Source: Candidatus Poribacteria bacterium
Lineage (GTDB): Bacteria; Poribacteria; WGA-4E; WGA-3G
Direction: 5' to 3'
Length of the DNA stretch: 64,000 bases
NCBI GenBank assembly: GCA_007571305.1
Contig: RKRR01000107.1
Coordinates: 5,638-69,637 of the forward strand
Position 1 is the first letter of the stretch; every line of letters begins with the position of its first letter. Positions 36,920 through 47,089 of this stretch are shown here, piece after piece. Both the position numbers and the translations under genes were made by a program. The notes under the pieces were generated by a model. That model did not search any database and was not told the DNA's origin. It saw only the letters and a list, made by a program, of their open reading frames with translations.

Positions 36920-38710
36920 TTGAACATGAAAAACAATTCGCATTTATCTATTCGCCGACTGATTTTCGTGCTTATTATTTTACAAGTGGGTTTTCTGTTA
37001 TTGGTTGGTAAACTGTTCAAAGTACAGATTTCCAGCGATGCTGAACATCAGGGACCAACTGGTCACCCTTGGATCTCTCCGCGCACAGCAGCAATAAAAC
37101 GAGGCAAAATTCTGGACAGACATGGGAATGTTTTAGCCCTGAGTCGTCACAGCCTCTCTGTCTATGCTGATCCGATGTATATGAAAACCGAGCCGAATGA
37201 AGCAGCGCGCAGACTCGCTCCTATTTTAGGTGTTCCCGAATCTGAACTACTTACCCAACTTCGCCGCAAAGATAAGCGATTTGTATGGCTCAAAAAGGAT
37301 ATGGATTACGAACGACTTGACGAAATTCGGGCAATTGAGAAAGATATCCGCGGCATAAAGCACGAGGTCGAACAGCAACGTACCTATCCGAAAGGGAAAC
37401 TCGCCGCCCAAGTCATTGGACATATAAACGATCAAAATATGGGTGAGGGAATTGAGTATCAGTACAACAATTACCTCTTGAACGCGAGGGAGCGACAAGC
37501 AGCACAGCGGGCAGTAGCCGTCCGTAATGAACCCATAAACTTGCTAACCAACGGGGACTCTACTGACGACTATGGGTATAGTGTCGTCTTGACCCTTGAC
37601 GAATATATTCAGTTCGTCGCGGAAAAAGAATTAGCAGCAGCGTGCCGAAAATGGAACGCTCCACGGGGTACAGTCATCGTCTTGGCATCAAAAACGGCAG
37701 AGATATTAGCACTCGCCAGTTACCCGTCGTACGATTTGAATCATTACACGCTCGGAAGCGAGCAAGCAAAGAGGAATCTCGGTGTTTGGTTTGCGTATGA
37801 ACCCGGTTCGATTTTTAAAATCGTTGCATCCTCCGCTGTCCTGAACGAGAGTATTATGAGTCCCGAATCAACGGTTTTTTGCGAGAATGGACGGTATCGA
37901 CTCTCAAATGGTAGAATCATCAGCGACGTATCGGGAAAAGGATGGCTTACCTTAAAACAAGTCCTCCACAAATCCAGTAATATCGGTATGATTAAAGTTG
38001 TGAAGGAATTGGGATATGAGAACTTCAGTGCTTACATCGACAAGTACGGCTTTGGACGATCCACCGGTGTAGATCTGCCCTACGAACACAGTGGCAGTCT
38101 TTATGCCGTGAAATATTGGGATACGCATTCCCTTGGTGCCGTGCCCTTCGGACAAGGAATTATGGTGACACCCCTCCAGATGGTAAGCGCGTTAAACGTC
38201 CTTGCGAACGGCGGAAAACTTCTCCGTCCGTACATTACCCGGGAGATTCGGGACAATAACGGAAAGGTGATTGAAAAGAAATATCCTATTGAAGTCCGAC
38301 AGGTCATCCGTCCGATGGTAGCGAAACAGATGGCAGAGATACTTGTTGGCGTGGTTGAAGAGGGGAGTGGCAGGCGGGCACGTGTTGAAGGATATCGCGT
38401 GGCAGGAAAAACTGGAACAGCCCAAAAAGCCGAGAAACATGGGAGAGGCTATGCGGGAAAAGAGATCATGTCCTTTATGGGATTCCTACCAGCAGAGAAT
38501 CCTATGGTATCAATAATTGTCATGCTCGATGAACCGAGAGGGGCACGTTTCAGTGGACAAATCGCCGGGCCCCTATTTCAGCAAGTTGCTGCCCAAACAA
38601 TGCAATACTTGAAGCAAACTGAGCTCTTCGGACCTGAACCTCAAAGATCCTTCGACTTTTCACCTGTTGTGACAAAACAATCACCGACGCTGAGAGGAGA
38701 GGGGCTGTGA
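36920..38710 (+). CDS. ftsI: Class B penicillin-binding protein (division transpeptidase)
   Basis: RGKILDRHG, RTYPKG, YEPGSIFK (SxxK), KSSNIG (SxN), GKTGTAQK (KTG). Confidence 0.93.
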   Translation: MNMKNNSHLSIRRLIFVLIILQVGFLLLVGKLFKVQISSDAEHQGPTGHPWISPRTAAIKRGKILDRHGNVLALSRHSLSVYADPMYMKTEPNEAARRLAPILGVPESELLTQLRRKDKRFVWLKKDMDYERLDEIRAIEKDIRGIKHEVEQQRTYPKGKLAAQVIGHINDQNMGEGIEYQYNNYLLNARERQAAQRAVAVRNEPINLLTNGDSTDDYGYSVVLTLDEYIQFVAEKELAAACRKWNAPRGTVIVLASKTAEILALASYPSYDLNHYTLGSEQAKRNLGVWFAYEPGSIFKIVASSAVLNESIMSPESTVFCENGRYRLSNGRIISDVSGKGWLTLKQVLHKSSNIGMIKVVKELGYENFSAYIDKYGFGRSTGVDLPYEHSGSLYAVKYWDTHSLGAVPFGQGIMVTPLQMVSALNVLANGGKLLRPYITREIRDNNGKVIEKKYPIEVRQVIRPMVAKQMAEILVGVVEEGSGRRARVEGYRVAGKTGTAQKAEKHGRGYAGKEIMSFMGFLPAENPMVSIIVMLDEPRGARFSGQIAGPLFQQVAAQTMQYLKQTELFGPEPQRSFDFSPVVTKQSPTLRGEGL

Positions 38711-40188
38711 AGCTTCATGAACTGCTCCGCGGAATTCACATTACCAAGAGTTCTGGATCGCTGGATGTTGATATTACCGGTGTTGTCAGTGACAATCGGA
38801 AAGTCGAAGTTGGTAATGCTTTCGTCTGTTATCAAGGCATCACCGTGGATATCCACAACTTCATTCCAGATGCACTTCAAAAAGGAGCGGTAGTTGTCAT
38901 TGGTGAAAAACCAATAACAACTTTAGAGACACAAGGAAAACTGATTACCTATGTGCAAGTTCCTTGTGGGCGCCGGGCGATGTCCTTGATTGCCGCCAAT
39001 TGGCATGGAAACCCTGCAAAACGTCTTAAACTCATCGGTATTACAGGCACGAACGGTAAAACTTCAACCGCACACCTCATACATGCCATACTCAAGGCAA
39101 GTGGGCGAAAAACAGCACTCATCGGAACAGTCGGACACCGGTACACGAACACCCAAGGCGAAGAAGAAATACTCCCTGCTGCTCTCACAACTCCCGATGC
39201 GTTTGCACTTCACGCTCTTTTCAAGCAGTTCACTGAAGACAACGTAGAATATGTTACGATGGAAACCTCCTCACAAGGTTTAGCACTGCAGCGATTAGCA
39301 GGGCTCACCTTCGATACCGCCGTTTTTACCAACTTCACCCAGGACCATCTGGATTACCATCAGACGATGGAAGCGTATCTAAGGGCGAAACTGATGTTGT
39401 TCGAGCAACTCGATAAGAAAGGAGTTGCGATTTTAAACAGCGACTCACCGGTAGCAGAGCGCATTGTCGACGCTTGCTCTGGTTCGCGGTCTTTGGTGTA
39501 CGGACGTGGTGAAAAAGCGGATCTATATGCCGAGGATATTGATTTTTCTCATCATCGCTTGGCATTTACAGCGGTTACACCAGAGGGGCGAATCCCTACT
39601 ACGTTACGACTACTCGGAGAATATAACCTTTACAACGCCCTTGCTGCCCTTGCTGTTGGACTCCGTTACGATTGTCCAATTTCAGCAATTCAGGAGGGCC
39701 TTGCCCGTACCATAGTTCCCGGTCGGTTTGAACTTATTGATCAAGGACAAGATTTTGCTGTCATCGTTGACTATGCGCATACTCCTGATGGCTTAGGAAA
39801 TGTACTGACTGCCGCCAAACGCGTCGCTGAACGTAATTTGATTTGTGTTTTCGGATGCGGTGGCGATAGGGATAACGGAAAGCGTCCTAAGATGGGAAAT
39901 ATCTCCACCCAAATTGCGGATTATACCGTGATTACTTCTGACAATCCGCGCACCGAAGACCCTGATGAAATCATCACACAAATTGTGTCAAATTTACCAC
40001 ATGACACCAAATATATGTGTATTCCAGAGAGACGAGACGCTATTCACCACGCAATCGCGATGGCAAAATCCGGTGATGTTGTTGTAATCGCCGGGAAAGG
40101 ACACGAGGATTACCAAGAAATTAATGGCAAAAGATTTCCATTTGACGATAGGATCGTGGCTTCAGATTTTTTAACGATGCGCGTCTAA
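38707..40188 (+). CDS. murE: UDP-MurNAc-dipeptide--diamino acid ligase
   Basis: GITGTNGKTST, METSSQGL, NFTQDHLDYH, VDYAHTPDG, GCGGDRD, DNPR (meso-DAP-type motif), AGKGHE. Confidence 0.96.
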   Translation: MKLHELLRGIHITKSSGSLDVDITGVVSDNRKVEVGNAFVCYQGITVDIHNFIPDALQKGAVVVIGEKPITTLETQGKLITYVQVPCGRRAMSLIAANWHGNPAKRLKLIGITGTNGKTSTAHLIHAILKASGRKTALIGTVGHRYTNTQGEEEILPAALTTPDAFALHALFKQFTEDNVEYVTMETSSQGLALQRLAGLTFDTAVFTNFTQDHLDYHQTMEAYLRAKLMLFEQLDKKGVAILNSDSPVAERIVDACSGSRSLVYGRGEKADLYAEDIDFSHHRLAFTAVTPEGRIPTTLRLLGEYNLYNALAALAVGLRYDCPISAIQEGLARTIVPGRFELIDQGQDFAVIVDYAHTPDGLGNVLTAAKRVAERNLICVFGCGGDRDNGKRPKMGNISTQIADYTVITSDNPRTEDPDEIITQIVSNLPHDTKYMCIPERRDAIHHAIAMAKSGDVVVIAGKGHEDYQEINGKRFPFDDRIVASDFLTMRV

Positions 40189-40209
40189 ACTGCCGCTGCA
40201 TTAAAATAA

Positions 40210-41040
40210 AAATGCAGATTTCCAACTGTTAAGCAACGTGCTTCAGGTCAGGAACAAGAAATTAAAAACACGGAAATTAACAACCTCAACATCTCATATC
40301 AGGTTGCTGGGGAGGGCGATGTAGTTTTCCTCCTGCACGGCTGGGGTGGGGAAGCTGCAAGTTTTCAACCGGTTTTTGATTGGCTCACACAATCTCATAA
40401 AGTCTATGCACTTGATTTACCGGGGTTCGGTAAGAGTCAGATTCCACCTACCGCGTGGAATACCTTCGACTATGCGCAGTTCGTTATAGCGTTTTTGGAA
40501 AAGTTTTGTATTCCAAAAGCTCACTTCATCGGTCACTCCTTTGGCGGTAGAGTTTCTATTATCGTCTCAGCGGAATACCCTGAAAAAGTCGATAAACTCA
40601 TCTTGGTTGACAGCGCGGGCATCAAGCCGCGTCGAACCATAAAATACCATCTTCGCGTAGGTTTGGCAAAAATCGGTAAATTGCTTCGCCGATGCGGGAA
40701 ATACGGTGTTCTCGTTGCAGACGCGATGTCCGCACGCGTCGGTTCCAAAGACTATCAGAATGCTGGAGATATGCGAGGCACGTTTGTTAAAGTCGTGAAT
40801 CAAGACCTGCGCTCGCTTTTGCCTCGGATAACAGCTTCAACACTGTTAATTTGGGGTGAACACGACAAGGATACACCCGTGTCTTTCGGACAAATTATGG
40901 AAAAAGAAATACCTGACGCAGGATTAGTAGTCCTAAAGGAAGCGGGACATTTTTCGTACCTTGATAAGTTCCCACAGTTTTGCCGAATTGTCGCAAGTTT
41001 CCTGAAAATCGCAAATGCTTCGGACCAGCGACAGATATAA
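40210..41040 (+). CDS. Alpha/beta-hydrolase (open frame from 40210; no ATG/GTG/TTG before the domain)
   Basis: In-frame translation gives LLHGWGG, ALDLPGFGKS, GHSFGG (nucleophile), WGEHDKDTP, AGHFSY. The track start (TTG 40495) cuts off the N-terminal third of the fold. Confidence 0.8.
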   Translation, partial: KCRFPTVKQRASGQEQEIKNTEINNLNISYQVAGEGDVVFLLHGWGGEAASFQPVFDWLTQSHKVYALDLPGFGKSQIPPTAWNTFDYAQFVIAFLEKFCIPKAHFIGHSFGGRVSIIVSAEYPEKVDKLILVDSAGIKPRRTIKYHLRVGLAKIGKLLRRCGKYGVLVADAMSARVGSKDYQNAGDMRGTFVKVVNQDLRSLLPRITASTLLIWGEHDKDTPVSFGQIMEKEIPDAGLVVLKEAGHFSYLDKFPQFCRIVASFLKIANASDQRQI

Positions 41041-41042
41041 TA

Positions 41043-41160
41043 ACCCAAGTTGCTACTCATAAGCTTTTAGGTATGTAGAGACCGTTTTCAAGTCATTGAG
41101 GATCCGCTTTATGCACAGGAAACCAACGGTCTCCTATGCTACACAACTGGCAACTTGCGT
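41043..41160. mobile_element. MITE family C, short copy
   Basis: ACCCAAGTTG / CAACTTGCGT ends flanked by TATAATA / TATAACA. Confidence 0.75.
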
Positions 41161-41273
41161 TATAACATTGATAGAAAGTGCTTAAAGTCTGTAGAGTTGT
41201 AAAATGGTAGCGTTAGACGAACTTTCAAACTTCAGAACACTTCACAACTTTCTTTTCAAGGGAAATTAGAAAA

Positions 41274-42920
41274 GTGGAAATGATGAGTACTGTATTTTTT
41301 TATTTTCTGACGTTAACCTGTTTGGTAAGGGCTGTCGTCAGGACAACGCGTGGACTCCATATACTCCAACTCGATGGTTATAAAACGGGTCGGTACCTGA
41401 AGTGGATAGGTCAGCACCTGAAGAATTGTTTTGAAACGAAAGAGATTCTCGTTGTTGGTGGGATTCTCATCCTAACGGCGTTCTACCCCCACTATAATGA
41501 TACGTGGCTGTTTCCAGTGCTGTGCGTGGCTTGGGGCGGATTTCAAATCTACATGAGCACGCGACGGCAAAAGGTTGAAGCAAAAAAGCCTCTCGTCTAC
41601 ACGGCACGAGCGAAACGGGTATTTGGGTTCTCAATCTGTTTACTCATTGGCATCGCGGCAACGCTGGTGCTAACAGCAAAGGCCAGTCCGTGGCGAATCG
41701 CAATCTTCCTCTTTAGCGAAGTAACCGTCATTAATTTAACAATTGCTAACCTCCTTATCTATCCGTTGGAACGTACGATAAATGGAGGGTACCTCCTCTC
41801 AGCAAAAAAACGAATCAAGACGTTCCAGCCCAAAGTTATCGGGATTACAGGAAGTTACGGCAAGACCAGTACCAAATATATTCTACATCAGATTTTGTCC
41901 GCAAAATTTAACACGTTGATGACACCTGATAGTTACAATACACCCATGGGCATCTGTAAGGTCATCCGTGGGGACCTTACCGCCGAGCATGAAATATTTA
42001 TCGTTGAAATGGGTGCTTACAAACGTGGCGACATCCGAGAACTGTGTAACTTAGCATCCCCCCACATCGGCATTCTCACAGCCGTTGGACCTCAGCACTT
42101 AGAACGATTCAAAAGTATTGAGAATATTGCCAAAACGAAATATGAATTGATTGAGTCGCTCCCTCCAGGCGGACTCGCAGTCTTCAATTGCGATAATGAA
42201 ATCTGCGCTGGACTTGCCGATAAACGGGAACATGGTGGGAACGCAGTGCGCCGATATGCGACAGAACCCTTTCCTGTAGCCTCGGCTTCCGAACGTGCTG
42301 AGTTAACTGCCACGAACATTCAACACACCGACGTGGGGCTCGCTTTCACAATACACACATCTATCGGTACAGCAGAAATTCGGACACAACTTTTGGGCAG
42401 ACATAACGTATCCAACATCCTCGCTGCAACTGCAGTTGCAATAGAATGCGGAATGACACTTGAGGAAATTCAGATAGCAATCACTCAGGTTGCTCCCGTA
42501 CCACACCGCTTGCAATTGACCTCCAGTGAAGGCAGCGTAACCATCATTGACGATAGTTTCAACTCGAATCCGATCGGCGCGAAAGCGGCACTTGAAGTCC
42601 TCACTGAGATCCAAGGGGGTAAAAAGGTATTAGTAACACCTGGGATGATAGAACTTGGCGAAAGGGAATACGAAGAAAATAAGCGTCTCGGAGAACACGC
42701 AGCCGATATCTGTGATTTGGTCATTTTAGTGGGACCCAAGCGGACTATCCCGATTTTAGACGGTTTGAAAGCCGCTCAATATCCAAACCAGCAAATCATT
42801 GTCGCACTCGACCTCGAAGAAGTCAAACAACACTTAGCAACACAGGTGCAAGCCGGCGATGTTGTCCTTTTTGAAAACGACCTTCCGGATAACTACAACG
42901 AGGAAAGAGTTGCCTCGTAA
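41274..42920 (+). CDS. murF: UDP-MurNAc-tripeptide--D-Ala-D-Ala ligase with N-terminal membrane domain
   Basis: About 165-aa hydrophobic N-terminus (LQLDGYK, PLVYTARAKR); GITGSYGKTSTK, SYNTPMG, FIVEMGA, IIDDSFNSNPIG, TPGMIELG, LFENDLPDNY. Confidence 0.9.
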   Translation: MEMMSTVFFYFLTLTCLVRAVVRTTRGLHILQLDGYKTGRYLKWIGQHLKNCFETKEILVVGGILILTAFYPHYNDTWLFPVLCVAWGGFQIYMSTRRQKVEAKKPLVYTARAKRVFGFSICLLIGIAATLVLTAKASPWRIAIFLFSEVTVINLTIANLLIYPLERTINGGYLLSAKKRIKTFQPKVIGITGSYGKTSTKYILHQILSAKFNTLMTPDSYNTPMGICKVIRGDLTAEHEIFIVEMGAYKRGDIRELCNLASPHIGILTAVGPQHLERFKSIENIAKTKYELIESLPPGGLAVFNCDNEICAGLADKREHGGNAVRRYATEPFPVASASERAELTATNIQHTDVGLAFTIHTSIGTAEIRTQLLGRHNVSNILAATAVAIECGMTLEEIQIAITQVAPVPHRLQLTSSEGSVTIIDDSFNSNPIGAKAALEVLTEIQGGKKVLVTPGMIELGEREYEENKRLGEHAADICDLVILVGPKRTIPILDGLKAAQYPNQQIIVALDLEEVKQHLATQVQAGDVVLFENDLPDNYNEERVAS

Positions 42921-43004
42921 CATCGGCTGCCAAACTTTGCTCTGTAACCATGTCCTCAAAGTCTTCCGAATTACCAGTTCGGCAATTGGAGTGGAGGCAA
43001 AAAA

Positions 43005-44204
43005 ATGTCAAAATACAATGTAGCCCTTATATTTGGTGGATGCACACCTGAACACGAAGTTTCAATCGTAACAGCACACCAAGTCCGCATCGCTTTAGAG
43101 GAAAACCATCAGGTTATTCCTATCTATGTTACGAAAAATGGCGACTGGTTAACCGGCGATGCCCTTCGCGACTTGTCCACCTTTACTGATGGAAATTTAC
43201 CACATCCATCCGACTTTGACAAAGTCAGCGTTGAATTTCATCCGAACCCACAATTTGTTGTTACCGCCAAACATTGGCTTGGTCAGAACGTTAGGAAAAG
43301 GACTGTTCTGCCGGTAGATGTCGTCTTCCCATCCATACACGGCATGCATGGCGAAGATGGAACGCTTCAAGGGTTACTTGAACTTATGAACCTGCCTTAC
43401 GTCGGTGCGCGAGTCGTTGGTTCCGCTGTTGGCATGGATAAAGTCATGATGAAGGCGATTCTTAGAGACAACGGACTGCCAGTACTTCCCTATTTATGTT
43501 GGAACCATCATGATTCGGAGACACGCAGTGAGGAACTCATCAAACAGGTGGAAGCATTGCTTTCTTACCCATTGTTTGTTAAGCCTGCAATGAGCGGCTC
43601 AAGCATCGGGGTCAGCCATGTTAAAAATCAGGATGAACTTCGCACCGCTGCGGAAGTTGCGGGGCATTATTCACGCAGAATTCTGGTCGAAAAAGCGGTT
43701 GAGAATCCTCTCGAAATCAATTGCGCTGTAATGGGGATGGACGATCCAACCGCTTCTGTCTGTGAGCAACCTGTGACACAGGCAAATTTTCTCAGCTTCG
43801 ACGATAAATACATCCATCAGAATCGAGAATCATCAGGAATGGCAGGGGCAGAGCGGAGAATTCCTGCACCCATTTCAGAAGAATTGACGTTACATATACA
43901 ACATCTTGCGACACATACTTTTCGTGTCTTAGATTGTGCCGGTGTCGCGCGTATTGATTTTCTCGTAGATGCAAACGAGAACGTTTACGTGAATGAAATC
44001 AACACCATTCCTGGGTCATATAGTTACTACTTGTGGACGCACCAAGGCATTGAGTTTCCGCAACTTGTATCGGATCTCATCGATTTAGCATTTACAGCAC
44101 ATGCAGAGAAAAATGCGCTAACCTATACATACACGACGAACCTCCTAAGCCAAGCAGGCGCGAGTCTTGTCAAACTGAAGAAGAGTGATAAGTTAAATCT
44201 TTAA
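43005..44204 (+). CDS. ddl: D-alanine--D-alanine ligase family protein
   Basis: FGGCTPEHEVS, HGMHGEDG, MDKVMMK, KPAMSGSSIG, SFDDKY, RIDF, NEINTIPGS. Confidence 0.9.
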   Translation: MSKYNVALIFGGCTPEHEVSIVTAHQVRIALEENHQVIPIYVTKNGDWLTGDALRDLSTFTDGNLPHPSDFDKVSVEFHPNPQFVVTAKHWLGQNVRKRTVLPVDVVFPSIHGMHGEDGTLQGLLELMNLPYVGARVVGSAVGMDKVMMKAILRDNGLPVLPYLCWNHHDSETRSEELIKQVEALLSYPLFVKPAMSGSSIGVSHVKNQDELRTAAEVAGHYSRRILVEKAVENPLEINCAVMGMDDPTASVCEQPVTQANFLSFDDKYIHQNRESSGMAGAERRIPAPISEELTLHIQHLATHTFRVLDCAGVARIDFLVDANENVYVNEINTIPGSYSYYLWTHQGIEFPQLVSDLIDLAFTAHAEKNALTYTYTTNLLSQAGASLVKLKKSDKLNL

Positions 44205-44343
44205 ATTATGGATATTTGACTGTGCTCCATTACATTCCGCACAGGTTCACGCCAAGACCACACAGAGTCTTTACAGTCCTCGTGCCTTTGAAAAACCGTC
44301 GCGGAACGCAGTGGCGCGGCGAGAGTTTGGCCATAATTAAAAA

Positions 44344-45447
44344 ATGTTTTATCATCTCCTATATGAGAATCTCGTTGAAGTTTTTTCGCCATTCAACATA
44401 TTTCGCTACATCAGTATCCGAGCGATTTATGCAACGGCAACATCGCTGGTTATAGCACTTGTCTTGGGACCGTTCATGATAAATCGGTTCAAACAGCTTC
44501 AGATCGGCGAGCATATACGCGAAGAAGGACCAAGATCCCACCAGAGCAAAGCAGGAACTCCAACAATGGGAGGCGTGCTTATTATCATTTCTGTCCTGAT
44601 ATCGGTAGCGTTCTGGTCACGTTTAGATCAACCGTACATCTACTTGATGATTTTGACAATGCTCGGGTTCGGTGGACTCGGATTCTTAGATGACTACAGC
44701 AAATTGGTAAAACAACAATCCTTAGGACTTCGAGGTTGGCATAAGATTGGACTTCAAACAGTAGGAGCATTGGTGATTGCTACTTATCTTTATCAGTGGG
44801 GGCCTGCACACACTGGAGATCTCACAACACGGACATCGCTGGCACTTCCTTTCTTTAAAGATATTCACCCAAATTTAGGCATCCTGTTTATCCCTTTCGC
44901 AACACTAGTCATCGTTGGAACCTCCAATGCAGTCAATCTTACAGACGGGATGGATGGATTAGCAATTGGGTGTACCCTGTTTGTTGCGGGAACCTTAGGT
45001 ATCGTCGGGTACATGACAAGCCACAGTGAGATTGCCGCGTACCTGAACATCTTTCACCTACCAGTAGGGGGAGAAGTTACTACAGTTTTCTGTGCAGCGT
45101 TAGTCGGGGCGGGATTGGGATTTCTATGGTATAATGGGCATCCTGCGCAAGTCTTTATGGGAGACACTGGCTCGCTGGCACTCGGTGCTACACTTGGAAC
45201 GGTGGCGGTGCTTATAAAGCAGGAATTTCTACTCCTGATAGTCGGTGCCATTTTCGTTGTTGAAGCATTATCGGTTATCATCCAAGTTTGGTCATTCCGT
45301 ACATTTGGCAAACGTGTATTCAAAATGTCTCCTATTCACTACCACTTCCTGCTCTCAGGGTGGAAGGAATCCAAAATTGTCATCCGATTTTGGATTGTCG
45401 GACTTATTTTGGTATTAATCGCTTTAAGCACACTGAAACTTCGGTGA
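44344..45447 (+). CDS. mraY: Phospho-MurNAc-pentapeptide transferase
   Basis: KAGTPTMGG, GFLDDY, SNAVNLTDGMDGL, FMGDTGSLALG, FKMSPIHYHF. Confidence 0.97.
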   Translation: MFYHLLYENLVEVFSPFNIFRYISIRAIYATATSLVIALVLGPFMINRFKQLQIGEHIREEGPRSHQSKAGTPTMGGVLIIISVLISVAFWSRLDQPYIYLMILTMLGFGGLGFLDDYSKLVKQQSLGLRGWHKIGLQTVGALVIATYLYQWGPAHTGDLTTRTSLALPFFKDIHPNLGILFIPFATLVIVGTSNAVNLTDGMDGLAIGCTLFVAGTLGIVGYMTSHSEIAAYLNIFHLPVGGEVTTVFCAALVGAGLGFLWYNGHPAQVFMGDTGSLALGATLGTVAVLIKQEFLLLIVGAIFVVEALSVIIQVWSFRTFGKRVFKMSPIHYHFLLSGWKESKIVIRFWIVGLILVLIALSTLKLR

Positions 45448-45552
45448 GGAATAGCAGTCAGTCGTCAGCAGTTCAGTAGTTCGTGTGGCAGTGGCGGATG
45501 TTTTACTGCCACAAGTGAGTGCCTGAAAGCCGATAGCTGACACCCGACGACT

Positions 45553-46995
45553 ATGATACAATTACAAGGAAAGCGGGTTACAGTTTTTGGCTTGAATCGA
45601 AGCGGGATCGCTGCTGCGAAATTATTATATTCGCGGGGGGCCGTTGTTACGCTTACAGACACGCGTTCTCGTGAAGCCCTCTCAGCAGAAATTGCTGCGC
45701 TCACTGACAGCAGGGATTCGAACACCCGTAATCCGTATCGAACATATTTTAGCGGACATCCTTTGGAATGCATTGCAGATGCAGATTTTATAGTGGTTTC
45801 CCCAGGTGTACCGCTTGACATTCCGATTTTGTGCGAGGCGCGGTCGAGAAACCTCCCAATTCTTGGAGAATTGGAGGTCGCCGCGAGCGTATGTCCGGCA
45901 ACCATTGTCGCTATCACTGGAACGAAAGGTAAATCAACAACGACACTGCTCACGGCTGCTATACTAAAAGCCAGTGGTAGATTCCCAAACGTTCGTATTG
46001 CTGGCAACATCGGCGTGCCATTGGCAGCGGAGGTTCAATGCCTTACAAGTCGAGATATAGTTGTCGTTGAAGCAAGCAGTTTTCAGTTGGAAAGCACCGT
46101 GACCTTTCATCCAAAGATTAGCGTCGTGCTTAATTTATCACGTGACCACTTGGACAGACATGGAACAATGTCTGCCTATCGCGAGGCAAAACAGAAAATC
46201 TCCGCCAACCAGACAATTGGAGACTGGATAATTCTCAACGATTCAGAGGCATCTGTCAAAGATTTCGCAGCATCAACATCAGCCGAAGTGATCTATTTTA
46301 CAGACAAAGGTCCTCCCGAAAATTTGTCGTTCTCAGGAACATTTAGAGAGGGGGCAGGACTTTTCGCGCAGCAAAATGGGATACGCGAGAAAATATGTGA
46401 CATCGCGGACATTCCACTCCCAGGAACACACAATGTACAGAATGTCCTCGCCGCTATCGCTGTAGGGCAGATTTTTGGTATCACAGGGGCAGAAATTCGA
46501 GAAGGACTTCAACGCTTTGATGGGGCACATCCCGCTTTATCTCATGCTTTTGAATTGGTGCGGACCTTAGAGGGTGTCCGCTTCATAAACGATTCAAAAG
46601 CGACAAACGTGGCGGCGGTCAAAGCCGCCCTTGAATCGTTAGGAGACTCTCAAATTTTACTCATAATGGGAGGATACGACAAAGGTAATGATTACACACC
46701 GTTGCGTGAAGTCGTTCAAACTCAGGTGAAAGGCGCGGTAATGCTCGGAGAGCACACGCAACAGATTGAGAAGACTCTCGCCGATACCACGAAAATCATG
46801 AAAGCGGAAACAATGTCAGAAGCTGTGCAGATGGCACATAAACATGCATCACCAGGTGATGTTGTCTTGTTGTCCCCGGCAAATGCAAGTTTTGACATGT
46901 ATTCCGATTACAAAGCAAGAGGGAACGATTTTAAAGAAGCAGTTGCCCTGCTCCAACCCAAAGGCACCGCTCGAGAACCAAAACAGCATGTCTGA
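45553..46995 (+). CDS. murD: UDP-MurNAc-L-Ala--D-glutamate ligase
   Basis: GLNRSG, VVSPGVP, AITGTKGKSTT, EASSFQLE, DHLDRH, NDSKATN, GGYDKG, LLSPANASFD. Confidence 0.96.
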   Translation: MIQLQGKRVTVFGLNRSGIAAAKLLYSRGAVVTLTDTRSREALSAEIAALTDSRDSNTRNPYRTYFSGHPLECIADADFIVVSPGVPLDIPILCEARSRNLPILGELEVAASVCPATIVAITGTKGKSTTTLLTAAILKASGRFPNVRIAGNIGVPLAAEVQCLTSRDIVVVEASSFQLESTVTFHPKISVVLNLSRDHLDRHGTMSAYREAKQKISANQTIGDWIILNDSEASVKDFAASTSAEVIYFTDKGPPENLSFSGTFREGAGLFAQQNGIREKICDIADIPLPGTHNVQNVLAAIAVGQIFGITGAEIREGLQRFDGAHPALSHAFELVRTLEGVRFINDSKATNVAAVKAALESLGDSQILLIMGGYDKGNDYTPLREVVQTQVKGAVMLGEHTQQIEKTLADTTKIMKAETMSEAVQMAHKHASPGDVVLLSPANASFDMYSDYKARGNDFKEAVALLQPKGTAREPKQHV

Positions 46996-47089
46996 GAAGT
47001 TTTTCTAATTATGGGCTCATGGACTGCCCCTTAGGGAGGGAACATCAAGGTTCAACCTTAAGTTTAAAAAAATCGCAAGGAAAATAAAA

